From an uncultured Gammaproteobacteria bacterium (lineage in GTDB: Bacteria; Patescibacteriota; Microgenomatia; Daviesbacterales; UBA10151), in assembly GCA_964394855.1 (NCBI GenBank), contig CAYMZD010000002.1, positions 60,575 through 124,574 of the forward strand: a stretch of DNA of 64,000 bases, read 5' to 3'. The notes under the pieces are model-generated. The model did not search any database. It had not been told where the DNA came from and saw only the letters and a list, made by a program, of their open reading frames with translations. Shown piece after piece: positions 28,736-36,910 of the stretch; positions within the stretch are counted from its first letter, which is position 1; each line of letters opens with the position of its first letter. The translations under genes were made by a program, and so were the position numbers.

Positions 28736-29144
28736 AAAATTACTAGTTGACGCGGATGCTTTCGTAGCCTTGGTAAATTCGATTGACTCAAACCATCAAA
28801 AAGCCAAATTATTGAGAGATCAAATTAGCGATCAAGAGTTTTCATTGATGACTTCAGATCCTGCCTTTGGAGAGGCGATTACCGTCATTAGTCAAGATAC
28901 TGGTTTGGAATCAGCTACTCTGTTTGCAGAAGAAACATTAGTCAGTCAAGTAGAGATAATTGAAGTAGATGCCAGTTTACGAAGAAAAGCCTTGGATATT
29001 TTTAAAAAACAAACCTCCAAAAATTCCCGTTTTACAGACTGTATTAATATGGCAATTATGGAGGAGAAAAAATTAAATACCATTTTTAGTTTTGATGTTC
29101 AATACAAAAAGAACAAATTTAAAAGATTTGGGATAGATAAATGA
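28725..29144 (+). CDS. vapC: PIN-domain VapC-like toxin
   Basis: LLVDADAFVAL, E, FTDC and IFSFD acidic residues. Confidence 0.88.
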   Translation: MASKKLLVDADAFVALVNSIDSNHQKAKLLRDQISDQEFSLMTSDPAFGEAITVISQDTGLESATLFAEETLVSQVEIIEVDASLRRKALDIFKKQTSKNSRFTDCINMAIMEEKKLNTIFSFDVQYKKNKFKRFGIDK

Positions 29145-29158
29145 AAATGGTGGGTCTG

Positions 29159-29201
29159 GTGGAAATCCCCCAAGAGGCATTTTTGAGTATTTTAAAAAGT
29201 T
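29159..29201 (+). repeat. attR-like 43-bp direct repeat (second copy of lepA 3' end)
   Basis: Identical to 28357-28399; from 29141 reads MKMVGLVEIPQEAFLSILKS*. Confidence 0.95.
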
Positions 29202-29632
29202 AATAATTGTTTATTGTATCCGAATAGGGGTCCATAAATTAGTTCTATTCTGGTAGGGGTTAATTTATACCATGATTCATCTTGATCGAGAACCTCACCT
29301 TTCTTTATAGGAGGAACTTTACCTCTTTTAATTCTATGTTTAATGGCTAGTTCTAAAATATCTCCTTCGATTTTTTTAGCCAGACCCTCGATTTGTAGTC
29401 CCATTTCTTTGCCTGGTTTTTCTTTGACTGTGATTGTTCCAGCTACTTGCGGGTGGAATAAAATTGCTTTTGAGTGGCGTCGACTAGTTTGCGAAATCCA
29501 ATAGATATTGAAGTTGTCATCGTAGATATAAATTACATCAGCTACCCAAACCCCGCCTCCATCAACAGTCCCCAAACTCATTAAATAACCTTTATCTAAA
29601 ATTTCTTTAATTAATTTTTTGATATTTTTCAC
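29192..29632 (-). CDS. Pyridoxamine 5'-phosphate oxidase-like FMN-binding protein
   Basis: MSLGT, YWIS..SRRHS..PQVAGTI and GLQIEG. Confidence 0.8.
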   Translation of the reverse strand: MKNIKKLIKEILDKGYLMSLGTVDGGGVWVADVIYIYDDNFNIYWISQTSRRHSKAILFHPQVAGTITVKEKPGKEMGLQIEGLAKKIEGDILELAIKHRIKRGKVPPIKKGEVLDQDESWYKLTPTRIELIYGPLFGYNKQLLTF

Positions 29633-29639
29633 TAAAGTG

Positions 29640-29649
29640 ATTATATAAT
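29640..29649. promoter_or_regulatory. Palindromic bidirectional -10 element
   Basis: ATTATATAAT gives TATAAT on both strands, 6 nt from ATG 29656 and 7 nt from GTG 29632. Confidence 0.7.
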
Positions 29650-29655
29650 AACAAT

Positions 29656-30219
29656 ATGATATTTGCTCTTGAAGGATTGGATAGTTCAGGTAAAACTACT
29701 TGTGGAAAATTATTAGCAGAGCAAACTAACGGAACATATTTTTATGCTGCCAATGGCAGATTAATATCTAAATTAAGAAAATATTTTGATAACAGATCAA
29801 CTTGGCTACGGTTTCTTTTTTATTTGATTATTAATTTCGGTAATTACTTCGTTATAACTAAAAAGAGAAGAAATGGAAATCTATTTTTAGATAGAACTGT
29901 TTTTTCAACCGTTGCTTATCATAAAGCTTATGGACTTTCTGAAATTTGGTTTCGGTTAATTCCCTTGTTTCTACTTAATCAGATCGATTTTATGGTGTAT
30001 TTTACAGTATCAGAGAAAGAAAGATCAAAAAGAATAGTTAAGAAGATTAAAACAAAAGATACCATGTCTAAAAGTGATGAAAAATCTTTAGTTTTAGGAA
30101 AAGAAATAGATGCAGAATATAGAAAATTAACTAATAAATATACATCTTTGATAATTGAAACAGATAATAAAACTCCTCAACAAATAATTGACGAATTGAA
30201 ATTAAAATTATCTCTATAA
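29656..30219 (+). CDS. Thymidylate kinase-like P-loop NMP kinase
   Basis: ALEGLDSSGKTT and LDRTVFSTVAY. Confidence 0.8.
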   Translation: MIFALEGLDSSGKTTCGKLLAEQTNGTYFYAANGRLISKLRKYFDNRSTWLRFLFYLIINFGNYFVITKKRRNGNLFLDRTVFSTVAYHKAYGLSEIWFRLIPLFLLNQIDFMVYFTVSEKERSKRIVKKIKTKDTMSKSDEKSLVLGKEIDAEYRKLTNKYTSLIIETDNKTPQQIIDELKLKLSL

Positions 30220-30296
30220 AATAAGAGAACTTGATTTTAATCACATTTTATGAGTATGCTGGAGGTAGATTTAAAAATAAAGGGGGTGATAAAGAA

Positions 30297-30500
30297 ATGA
30301 AGATGTTGCATATGGCAGCCTACACTGTGCTTTGGGTGGGAGGTTTGAACTGGGGTCTGGTGGGACTTTTGAATTTAAACTTGGTGGAATCACTTTTGGG
30401 AGTTGATTTGGCCAAATGGGTTTATATTTTAGTAGGTTTGGCCACGGTTTACATCATTGTGGGACACCGCAATGACTGCAAGGTTTGCAGTGGAGCATAA
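30297..30500 (+). CDS. DUF378-family small membrane protein
   Basis: VGGLNWGLVG and VYILVGLA; strong SD AGGGGGTGA upstream. Confidence 0.85.
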   Translation: MKMLHMAAYTVLWVGGLNWGLVGLLNLNLVESLLGVDLAKWVYILVGLATVYIIVGHRNDCKVCSGA

Positions 30501-30525
30501 ACAAAGGGAAGATTAGGTATTATTT

Positions 30526-30555
30526 AATCCCCTGCCATCCGGTGGGGGATTTTTT
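30526..30555 (+). terminator. Intrinsic terminator
   Basis: AATCCCCTGCC-ATCC-GGTGGGGGATT followed by TTTT, between convergent genes. Confidence 0.8.
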
Positions 30556-30560
30556 GGAAT

Positions 30561-31691
30561 TTAGCGGATTTGCAAAGATTCACCTCTAAATTCAATCCCT
30601 AATGGTTCAATAACCACTTTTCTTGGCCCTTTTTCCACATATCCTGCATCCAGAGCAGGAATGGACATTTTCTTTCCGATCGTGATAATTTTGTCTACGG
30701 ATTTTGGCGGGACAAATAACGCGAAACCTACTCCCATATTGTATGAACCATACATGTCAAAATCCGAAGAACTTGAATATTGTTGAATCAATTTAAAAAT
30801 CGGTTGGGGTTTGGGCATTTTTTTAATAACATAAGTAAAATTTTTACTGGCTCGCATTAGTTTTCTAAATCCGTGGCCTGTGATATGAACTGCATAATGG
30901 ATTTCAGTTTGGTGAACTGCCTCTTCTACAAATTTAGAATAGATTGTGGATGGGGTTATTAACGCTTCTCCAAAAGTTGTACCGTCAGATAATTTTGTTT
31001 GATACCCTTTAGGTAGTCTTTTTAGCAGTTCTTTTCTAAGCAAAGTAATGCCATTAGTATGTACACCGCTGCTTTCCAATAAAATAATATGATCTCTCGC
31101 AACTAGCTTATCTTCTGTTAAGGCTTTTTCTGATGGAATAATTAAACCAGTCGCCGATCCTGACAATAGCGATCTTCCGGTGCTAATAATATCCCTTAAA
31201 GTAGCTGACTCGCCCCCACCCCAGGAAGCACCGGCCAGATTACAAGCAGAGACAGTTCCCTTAAAAAGTGCCGTTGCCCTTTTAAAATTGGTAAACCATT
31301 CTGTGGGGTAAGCTGCCAAGTGCAGCATAAAAGAAAGTGGAGCGGCGCCGGTGGTGGATAGATCGTTAAAAATTGAGGCTGCATTATCTATTGCCACTGA
31401 TTCATAAAAAGATCCCCCATAAATTTTTTCCAACTCATCAGCGCCTACATTTTTAGTTCCCAGTCCTTCTTCAACATGAGCTATTCTAAAGTCAATCACC
31501 TTGCTGGATTTTATTTGAATTTGATAAGCAGATTCTCCTCTGCTGTGAGATATTTCAGAAATAGCAATATTGTATCTAGCAAATCTTTTTAAATTTTTAG
31601 CAGTTTTTCTGGCATAATTTAAAGCCAGTATTTTAAAAGGGTCTTTTATTTTGTAATTGTCACCAGAAGCTTCGTATAGAAGTTTTATCAT
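30561..31691 (-). CDS. PurM-like AIR synthase family protein
   Basis: EGLGTK, NDL, GGESATL, SSGVHTNG, HITGHG and YNMGVGF; start moved to ATG 31691. Confidence 0.85.
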   Translation of the reverse strand: MIKLLYEASGDNYKIKDPFKILALNYARKTAKNLKRFARYNIAISEISHSRGESAYQIQIKSSKVIDFRIAHVEEGLGTKNVGADELEKIYGGSFYESVAIDNAASIFNDLSTTGAAPLSFMLHLAAYPTEWFTNFKRATALFKGTVSACNLAGASWGGGESATLRDIISTGRSLLSGSATGLIIPSEKALTEDKLVARDHIILLESSGVHTNGITLLRKELLKRLPKGYQTKLSDGTTFGEALITPSTIYSKFVEEAVHQTEIHYAVHITGHGFRKLMRASKNFTYVIKKMPKPQPIFKLIQQYSSSSDFDMYGSYNMGVGFALFVPPKSVDKIITIGKKMSIPALDAGYVEKGPRKVVIEPLGIEFRGESLQIR

Positions 31692-31710
31692 ATTAGTATC
31701 ATTATACCCC

Positions 31711-31747
31711 TTGACAAAAGTTAGCACTCATGATAAATTACTGCTAA
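31711..31747 (+). promoter_or_regulatory. hrcA operon promoter overlapped by a CIRCE element
   Basis: TTGACA-17-TAAATT; CIRCE TTAGCACTC-N9-TACTGCTAA (31721-31747; consensus right arm GAGTGCTAA). Confidence 0.88.
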
Positions 31748-31766
31748 CCCTTCGATTAACTCAGGG
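31748..31766 (+). repeat. REP-like hairpin (TTCGA..CTCA family) in the hrcA 5' UTR
   Basis: CCC-TTCGA-TTAA-CTCA-GGG. Confidence 0.7.
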
Positions 31767-31771
31767 CAAAT

Positions 31772-32503
31772 ATGGATTTGACAGATCGGCAAAGAGCACT
31801 TTTAAAAGCTATTATTGAAGAGTACATTGACAGCGCTGAACCTGTTGGTAGTGAAGCGGTGGATAAAAAGTATAATTTAGGGGTCTCCCCTGCCACCATT
31901 AGAAACGAGATGGTGCATCTAACAGATATGGGTTATTTAAAACAGCCACACACATCAGCAGGACGTGTCCCCACCTCAATGGGCTTTAGATTTTATATTC
32001 AGGAGTTGATGAAGGAAAAGCAGCTGCCTGTGGCGGCTGAAGTGTCCATCAAGGAAGACATGTGGCAGGAGCGCTACCAACAAGATAAGTTACTTCGCCA
32101 AGCTGTCAAAGCTTTGGCCAAGCAATGTGACATGTTGGGTTTGGCAATAGATAGCGACAACCAAATTTATTATTCAGGAGCTGCCAATATTTTGGACTGG
32201 CCGGAATTTTATGATATTGATGTGACTCGCTTTGTCTTGAGCTTATTTGATGATCTACCGGTTGGCGGGTTGCAACAAATTATTGGTAAGGCAGAAGGAT
32301 CTGACCCAATTCATATTTTATTTGGCGATGAGTTGGAATTTGAAAATTTAGCGCCCACTGGATTTATTTTTACCAGCTATGAAATGGGGCCAAAAAGTGG
32401 TGTGATTGGAGTAATTGGTCCGGCCAGGATGAATTTTCCTCTGGTGATACCTTATGTCAAATATATTAGAGATTTAATTTATGAAGCAGGAAGGAGTTGG
32501 TAA
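31772..32503 (+). CDS. hrcA: Heat-inducible repressor HrcA
   Basis: EPVGS, SPATIRNEM, QPHTSAGRVPT and GVIGPARM. Confidence 0.95.
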   Translation: MDLTDRQRALLKAIIEEYIDSAEPVGSEAVDKKYNLGVSPATIRNEMVHLTDMGYLKQPHTSAGRVPTSMGFRFYIQELMKEKQLPVAAEVSIKEDMWQERYQQDKLLRQAVKALAKQCDMLGLAIDSDNQIYYSGAANILDWPEFYDIDVTRFVLSLFDDLPVGGLQQIIGKAEGSDPIHILFGDELEFENLAPTGFIFTSYEMGPKSGVIGVIGPARMNFPLVIPYVKYIRDLIYEAGRSW

Positions 32504-32943
32504 TGCCCAAGAAAAAAGACACCAAAGTTGAAGAATTAGAAAATCAGCTTAAAAGAGCAGTGGCTGATTATCATAATCTGGAAAAACGGGTTAGTGAAGG
32601 TAGGTCGGAACTAACTAATTTTGTGGGAGCGGAGCTTATTAAAAGACTGCTGCCGGTTTTAGATCATCTGGAAAGGGCTTTATCTAGCGCATCAGAACTG
32701 GAAAAAGAATCAGGATGGTTTAAGGGAGTAGAGCTGGCTGTTAAAGAATTTGAGCAGGTATTACAATCTGAAGGTTTGGAGGAAATACCTGCAGACGGAG
32801 TATTTAATCCAAGCCTTCATGAAGCTGTTGACACAAGGGATGGAGAAAATAATATGATTTTAGAAGTTGTCAAAAAGGGTTATAATTTAAATGGAAAAGT
32901 ACTTCGCCCGGCCCAAGTAGTAGTTGGAAGGAGGAGAAACTAA
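32503..32943 (+). CDS. grpE: Nucleotide exchange factor GrpE
   Basis: [23 protein letters not shown] and KGY..LRPAQV. Confidence 0.95.
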   Translation: MPKKKDTKVEELENQLKRAVADYHNLEKRVSEGRSELTNFVGAELIKRLLPVLDHLERALSSASELEKESGWFKGVELAVKEFEQVLQSEGLEEIPADGVFNPSLHEAVDTRDGENNMILEVVKKGYNLNGKVLRPAQVVVGRRRN

Positions 32944-32944
32944 T

Positions 32945-34876
32945 ATGGCTAAAATTGTGGGAATTGATTTGGGGACAACTAATAGTGTGGTGGCGGTGAT
33001 GGAGGGGGGAAAACCCAAAGTCATCCATAGTAGTGAAGGGGAAAATATTATCCCCTCGGTGGTTAATCCCTTAAAAAATGTGGTGGGACGGGTGGCCAAA
33101 CGTCAGTCTGTGGTTAATCCCAAAGAAACCATTTTTTCTATTAAGCGCTTAGTGGGCAGAAAATTCAAAGACAGTGAGGTGCAGCGCGACATTAAATGGC
33201 TGCCTTATGAAATTAAAGAAGGCAAAAACGGTATGGCTGTGGTGGAAGTGGAAGGCCATGAATACACCCCCCAGGAAATTTCCGCCCAGATTTTGCAAAA
33301 AATCAAGGCTGATGCCGAGAGCTATTTGGGAGAAAAAGTAACTGACGCGGTTATCACCGTGCCGGCCTATTTTGACGATTCTCAGAGACAAGCCACCAAA
33401 CAGGCCGGGGAAATTGCCGGTTTTAATGTGCAGAGAATTATTAACGAGCCAACTGCCGCAGCTTTAGCTTATGGCCTTGATAAAACCCATGCCCACACCA
33501 TTGCTGTTTATGATTTAGGAGGCGGCACTTTTGACATTTCCATTTTGGAGCTGGGAGACGGGGTAATTGAGGTGAAAAGTACCAACGGCGATACCCACCT
33601 GGGTGGGGATGATTTTGACCAAGTGATTTTGGATCATCTGGCAGAAGAATTTAAAAAAGAGCAGGGTATTGATTTAAAAACAGACAGGCAAGCCTTGCAG
33701 AGGCTGCGCGACGCAGCGGAAAAAGCCAAAATTGAGCTATCCAGCACCCAAGAGGCGGAAATTTCCATCCCTTTTGTGACAGCAGATTCTAGTGGCCCCA
33801 AACATTTGGAAGTAAAAATGTCCCGGGCCAAGCTGGAAGGCATGATTAAATCTTTAATTGATAAAAGTTTTGAGGCGGTTAAGTCTGCTTTGAAAGACGC
33901 CAAAATGGAAGCCGGTAAAATTGATGAAGTGGTGCTGGTAGGAGGTATGACCCGCATGCCGGCAGTACAAAAAGCAGTCCAAGACTTTTTTGGTAAAGAG
34001 CCTCACAAGGGAATTAATCCAGATGAGGTGGTGGCGGTTGGGGCTGCTATTCAAGGCGGAGTATTGGGTGGAGAAGTGAAAGATGTTTTGCTTTTGGATG
34101 TGACCCCCTTAACTTTGGGAATTGAAACTTTGGGTGGAGTGAGAACACCTTTGATTGTCAGAAATACCACCATTCCATCTTCTAAATCAGAAATTTTCTC
34201 CACAGCGGCTGATAATCAAACCTCGGTGGAAATTAATGTTTTACAAGGGGAGCGGGAAATGGCAGCTGATAATAAGAGCTTGGGCAGGTTTATTTTAGAC
34301 GGCATTCCCCCTGCCCCAAGAGGCGTGCCCCAAATCGAAGTAACTTTTGACATTGATGCCAACGGTATTTTAATAGTCAGCGCTCATGATAAAGCTACAG
34401 GCAAAAAACAAAACATCACCATTACCGGATCAACCGGACTTGATAAAGAAGAAGTAGAGAAAATGACCAAAGAGGCAGAAGCCCATGCTGAAGAGGATAA
34501 ACGCAAAAGAGAAGAGGTGGATACCAGAAATCAGGCAGATGCTTTGATTTTTACGACTGAAAGGAGTTTGAAAGAGGCAGGGGATAAAGTTAGCCAAGAG
34601 GTTCGAACCGAGGTGGAACAGAAATTAAATGATCTAAAATCTGTGGTTCAAACAGCTTCTATTGAGGACCTAAAACCCAAGATGGATGCATTGTCTGAAA
34701 GCTTACAAAAAGTAGGGCAGGCAATGTATTCCTCCTCCGCTCCTGAAGGAGCTACGGAAGGGCAAGGAGCCCCCGGTGAAGAACCAAAAACAGAAGACGC
34801 GTCCTCCGAAGCCTCGGCGAAGGAGGAAACTCCTGTTGAGGGTGAAGTGGTTGAGGAAGATAATAAAAAAGAGTAA
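32945..34876 (+). CDS. dnaK: Chaperone DnaK
   Basis: [15 protein letters not shown] and DLGGGTFD; SD AGGAGG. Confidence 0.98.
   Translation: MAKIVGIDLGTTNSVVAVMEGGKPKVIHSSEGENIIPSVVNPLKNVVGRVAKRQSVVNPKETIFSIKRLVGRKFKDSEVQRDIKWLPYEIKEGKNGMAVVEVEGHEYTPQEISAQILQKIKADAESYLGEKVTDAVITVPAYFDDSQRQATKQAGEIAGFNVQRIINEPTAAALAYGLDKTHAHTIAVYDLGGGTFDISILELGDGVIEVKSTNGDTHLGGDDFDQVILDHLAEEFKKEQGIDLKTDRQALQRLRDAAEKAKIELSSTQEAEISIPFVTADSSGPKHLEVKMSRAKLEGMIKSLIDKSFEAVKSALKDAKMEAGKIDEVVLVGGMTRMPAVQKAVQDFFGKEPHKGINPDEVVAVGAAIQGGVLGGEVKDVLLLDVTPLTLGIETLGGVRTPLIVRNTTIPSSKSEIFSTAADNQTSVEINVLQGEREMAADNKSLGRFILDGIPPAPRGVPQIEVTFDIDANGILIVSAHDKATGKKQNITITGSTGLDKEEVEKMTKEAEAHAEEDKRKREEVDTRNQADALIFTTERSLKEAGDKVSQEVRTEVEQKLNDLKSVVQTASIEDLKPKMDALSESLQKVGQAMYSSSAPEGATEGQGAPGEEPKTEDASSEASAKEETPVEGEVVEEDNKKE
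34731..34827. repeat. Two inverted CCTCC..GGAGG hairpins in the dnaK tail
   Basis: CCTCCTCCGCTCCTGAAGGAGCTACGGAAGG at 34731 and TCCTCCGAAGCCTCGGCGAAGGAGGA at 34802-34827. Confidence 0.65.
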
Positions 34877-34879
34877 TGG

Positions 34880-35764
34880 ATGGCTACAAAAAGAGATTAC
34901 TACGATATTTTAGGGGTTTCCAAGGGAGCCGGTGAAGCGGAGATTAAGTCTGCTTATCGCAAACTGGCCAGAAAACACCATCCTGATATAGATAAATCTG
35001 CTGGAAGTGCGGAAAGATTCAAAGAGGTTTCCGAAGCATATCAAGTTCTATCTGACCCTCAGAAAAAATCTTCTTATGACCAATTTGGCCATTCGGCCTT
35101 TGACCCTTCGGCAGGCTCAGGGCCTTTTGGTAGAGGAGCTGGCGGTTGGCAGCAATATAGTTGGTCAACCGGTGGGTTTTCCGCCAAAGGCGGACCAGCC
35201 TCTGGCTGGGACTTTGGTGGTTTTGAAGATCCATTTGAACTGTTTGAACAGATTTTTGGCATGGGTGGGTTTGGAGAAGGGATGAGGAGAAGACCCACTT
35301 ATACCATGGATTTAAAATTTGACGAGGCAGTTCATGGTGTCACTAAACAAATTCAAGTTGAGGATAAAAAAATGACCATTAAAGTACCGGCCGGAGTGGA
35401 TAATGGTACCAGAATGCGCTTTAATGAGTTGGATATTGTTTTTCATGTTAACCGCCACCCGGAATTTATTAGAGAAGGAGCGGATATTTTTTCGGAAATA
35501 AAAGTTTCTATTCCCCAACTGGTTTTGGGGGATGTCTTTGAAGTTTCAACTGTGCAGGGGAAAGTAAAAGTGAAGGTGCCCCCTGGCACCCAACCAGGAT
35601 CGCTGGTTAGGCTCAAAGGCAAGGGTGTTCCCAGATTAAATGGTGGCCACGGAGATCACTATGTCAGAGTCCATCTAAATGTTCCTCAAAACCCATCCAA
35701 AGAAGAAAAAAGGCTTTATGAAGAGTTATATCGCTTGGGTTCCAAGAAAAAAGGTTGGTTTTAA
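34880..35764 (+). CDS. dnaJ: DnaJ-class co-chaperone without the Zn-finger domain
   Basis: J domain with HPD, G/F-rich region, C-terminal domain; no CxxCxGxG repeats. Confidence 0.92.
   Translation: MATKRDYYDILGVSKGAGEAEIKSAYRKLARKHHPDIDKSAGSAERFKEVSEAYQVLSDPQKKSSYDQFGHSAFDPSAGSGPFGRGAGGWQQYSWSTGGFSAKGGPASGWDFGGFEDPFELFEQIFGMGGFGEGMRRRPTYTMDLKFDEAVHGVTKQIQVEDKKMTIKVPAGVDNGTRMRFNELDIVFHVNRHPEFIREGADIFSEIKVSIPQLVLGDVFEVSTVQGKVKVKVPPGTQPGSLVRLKGKGVPRLNGGHGDHYVRVHLNVPQNPSKEEKRLYEELYRLGSKKKGWF
35102..35124 (+). repeat. REP-like hairpin (TTCGA..CTCA family) inside dnaJ
   Basis: GACCC-TTCGG-CAGG-CTCA-GGGCC, encoding DPSAGSGP. Confidence 0.72.
35180..35209. repeat. Twin mini-hairpins inside dnaJ
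   Basis: TCCGCC-AAA-GGCGGA then CCAGCC-TCT-GGCTGG; exactly 30 nt, encoding [10 protein letters not shown]. Confidence 0.72.
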
Positions 35765-35766
35765 AC

Positions 35767-35853
35767 TTGACTTTTAAGATACTGACAGAGTAGAATATTG
35801 TTGTTAATAATCCAAAGGACCTAAAAAGGTGGGCTAGTCCCACCTTAATTTTT
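35767..35853 (+). promoter_or_regulatory. nusA promoter and leader hairpin
   Basis: TTGACT-18-TAGAAT; AAGGTGGG-CTAGT-CCCACCTT (35826-35846) then AATTTTT. Confidence 0.7.
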
Positions 35854-35856
35854 ACT

Positions 35857-36906
35857 ATGGCACAAGCTAGAACAGAATTTGTAGCTGCCCTAAATCAAAT
35901 AGCTTCTGAAAAAGGAGTAGACGTATCAGTTGTTTTGGATGCTATTAAGATTGCAGCTCTAGCTGCCTATAAAAAAGATTTAAGCATCCGTAGCCAACCC
36001 ATTCCAGAAGATATTGATGAATATACCTCTGAAGTAAACCCCACCACAGGCGAAATAACCATTTTCCAAGGTCAAAATAACGTTACTCCGCCTGGATTTG
36101 CCCGTATTGCTGCCTCAATTGCCAAACAGGTAATTTTGCAAAAACTGCACGAGGCAGAAAAAAGTGCTGTCATGTCTGAATATGAAAACAAAATTGGCAC
36201 AGTTATTTCAGGTTTAATACAGCGTCAAGAGGGCAACACGTATTTTATTGATTTGGGGAGAGCAGAAGGAATGATGCCACCCCAGGAGCAGGTGAGGAGT
36301 GAAATTTATCAGCCTAATATGAGGATGAAGTTTTATATCAAAGACATAAGAGAAGAAAGCCATGGTTTGGAAGTAATAGTTTCTCGTAGCGATCCGGGTT
36401 TAGTTAAAGGTCTTTTTGCCATGGAGGTGCCGGAAATTCAATCAGGCAGTGTAGAGATTGTGGTTTTGGCTAGGGAAGCTGGTTCTAGAACTAAAATTGC
36501 CGCCTCCTCCAGTCAAGATGGTGTGGATCCGGTAGGTTCTTTAGTGGGACAAAAAGGAGTGAGAGTTCAAGCAGTTACTCAAGAGCTGGGAGAGGAAAAA
36601 ATTGACATCATTACTTACTCCGACGATCCGGCCCGTTTTATCCAGGCAGCGCTTTCTCCAGCCAAAGATGTTCAGGTTCGTTTAAACAAAGAAGAGAATG
36701 TGGCTAAAGCTTTAGTACCTAACTCTCAACTATCTTTGGCCATTGGTAAAGGTGGACAAAATGTGCGTTTAGCAGCCAAGCTGACTGGTTGGAAAATTGA
36801 TATTGAAGGATTGGAAGAGGAGGGAACGGGAGAGCAAAAAGAAGAGCCTCAAGCTGGAACTCAACCCCCTGATGATGTAAAAGCTGATAAAAAAGAAAAG
36901 AAGTAA
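35857..36906 (+). CDS. nusA: Transcription factor NusA
   Basis: S1 and KH domains; [10 protein letters not shown] and [23 protein letters not shown]. Confidence 0.97.
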   Translation: MAQARTEFVAALNQIASEKGVDVSVVLDAIKIAALAAYKKDLSIRSQPIPEDIDEYTSEVNPTTGEITIFQGQNNVTPPGFARIAASIAKQVILQKLHEAEKSAVMSEYENKIGTVISGLIQRQEGNTYFIDLGRAEGMMPPQEQVRSEIYQPNMRMKFYIKDIREESHGLEVIVSRSDPGLVKGLFAMEVPEIQSGSVEIVVLAREAGSRTKIAASSSQDGVDPVGSLVGQKGVRVQAVTQELGEEKIDIITYSDDPARFIQAALSPAKDVQVRLNKEENVAKALVPNSQLSLAIGKGGQNVRLAAKLTGWKIDIEGLEEEGTGEQKEEPQAGTQPPDDVKADKKEKK

Positions 36907-36910
36907 AAAT

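Larger units (their letters stand above)
28357..29201. mobile_element. Toxin-antitoxin mini-island inserted at the lepA 3' end
   Basis: 43-bp direct repeats bracket a REP-like pair, a promoter and a two-gene TA operon; no integrase. Confidence 0.8.
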
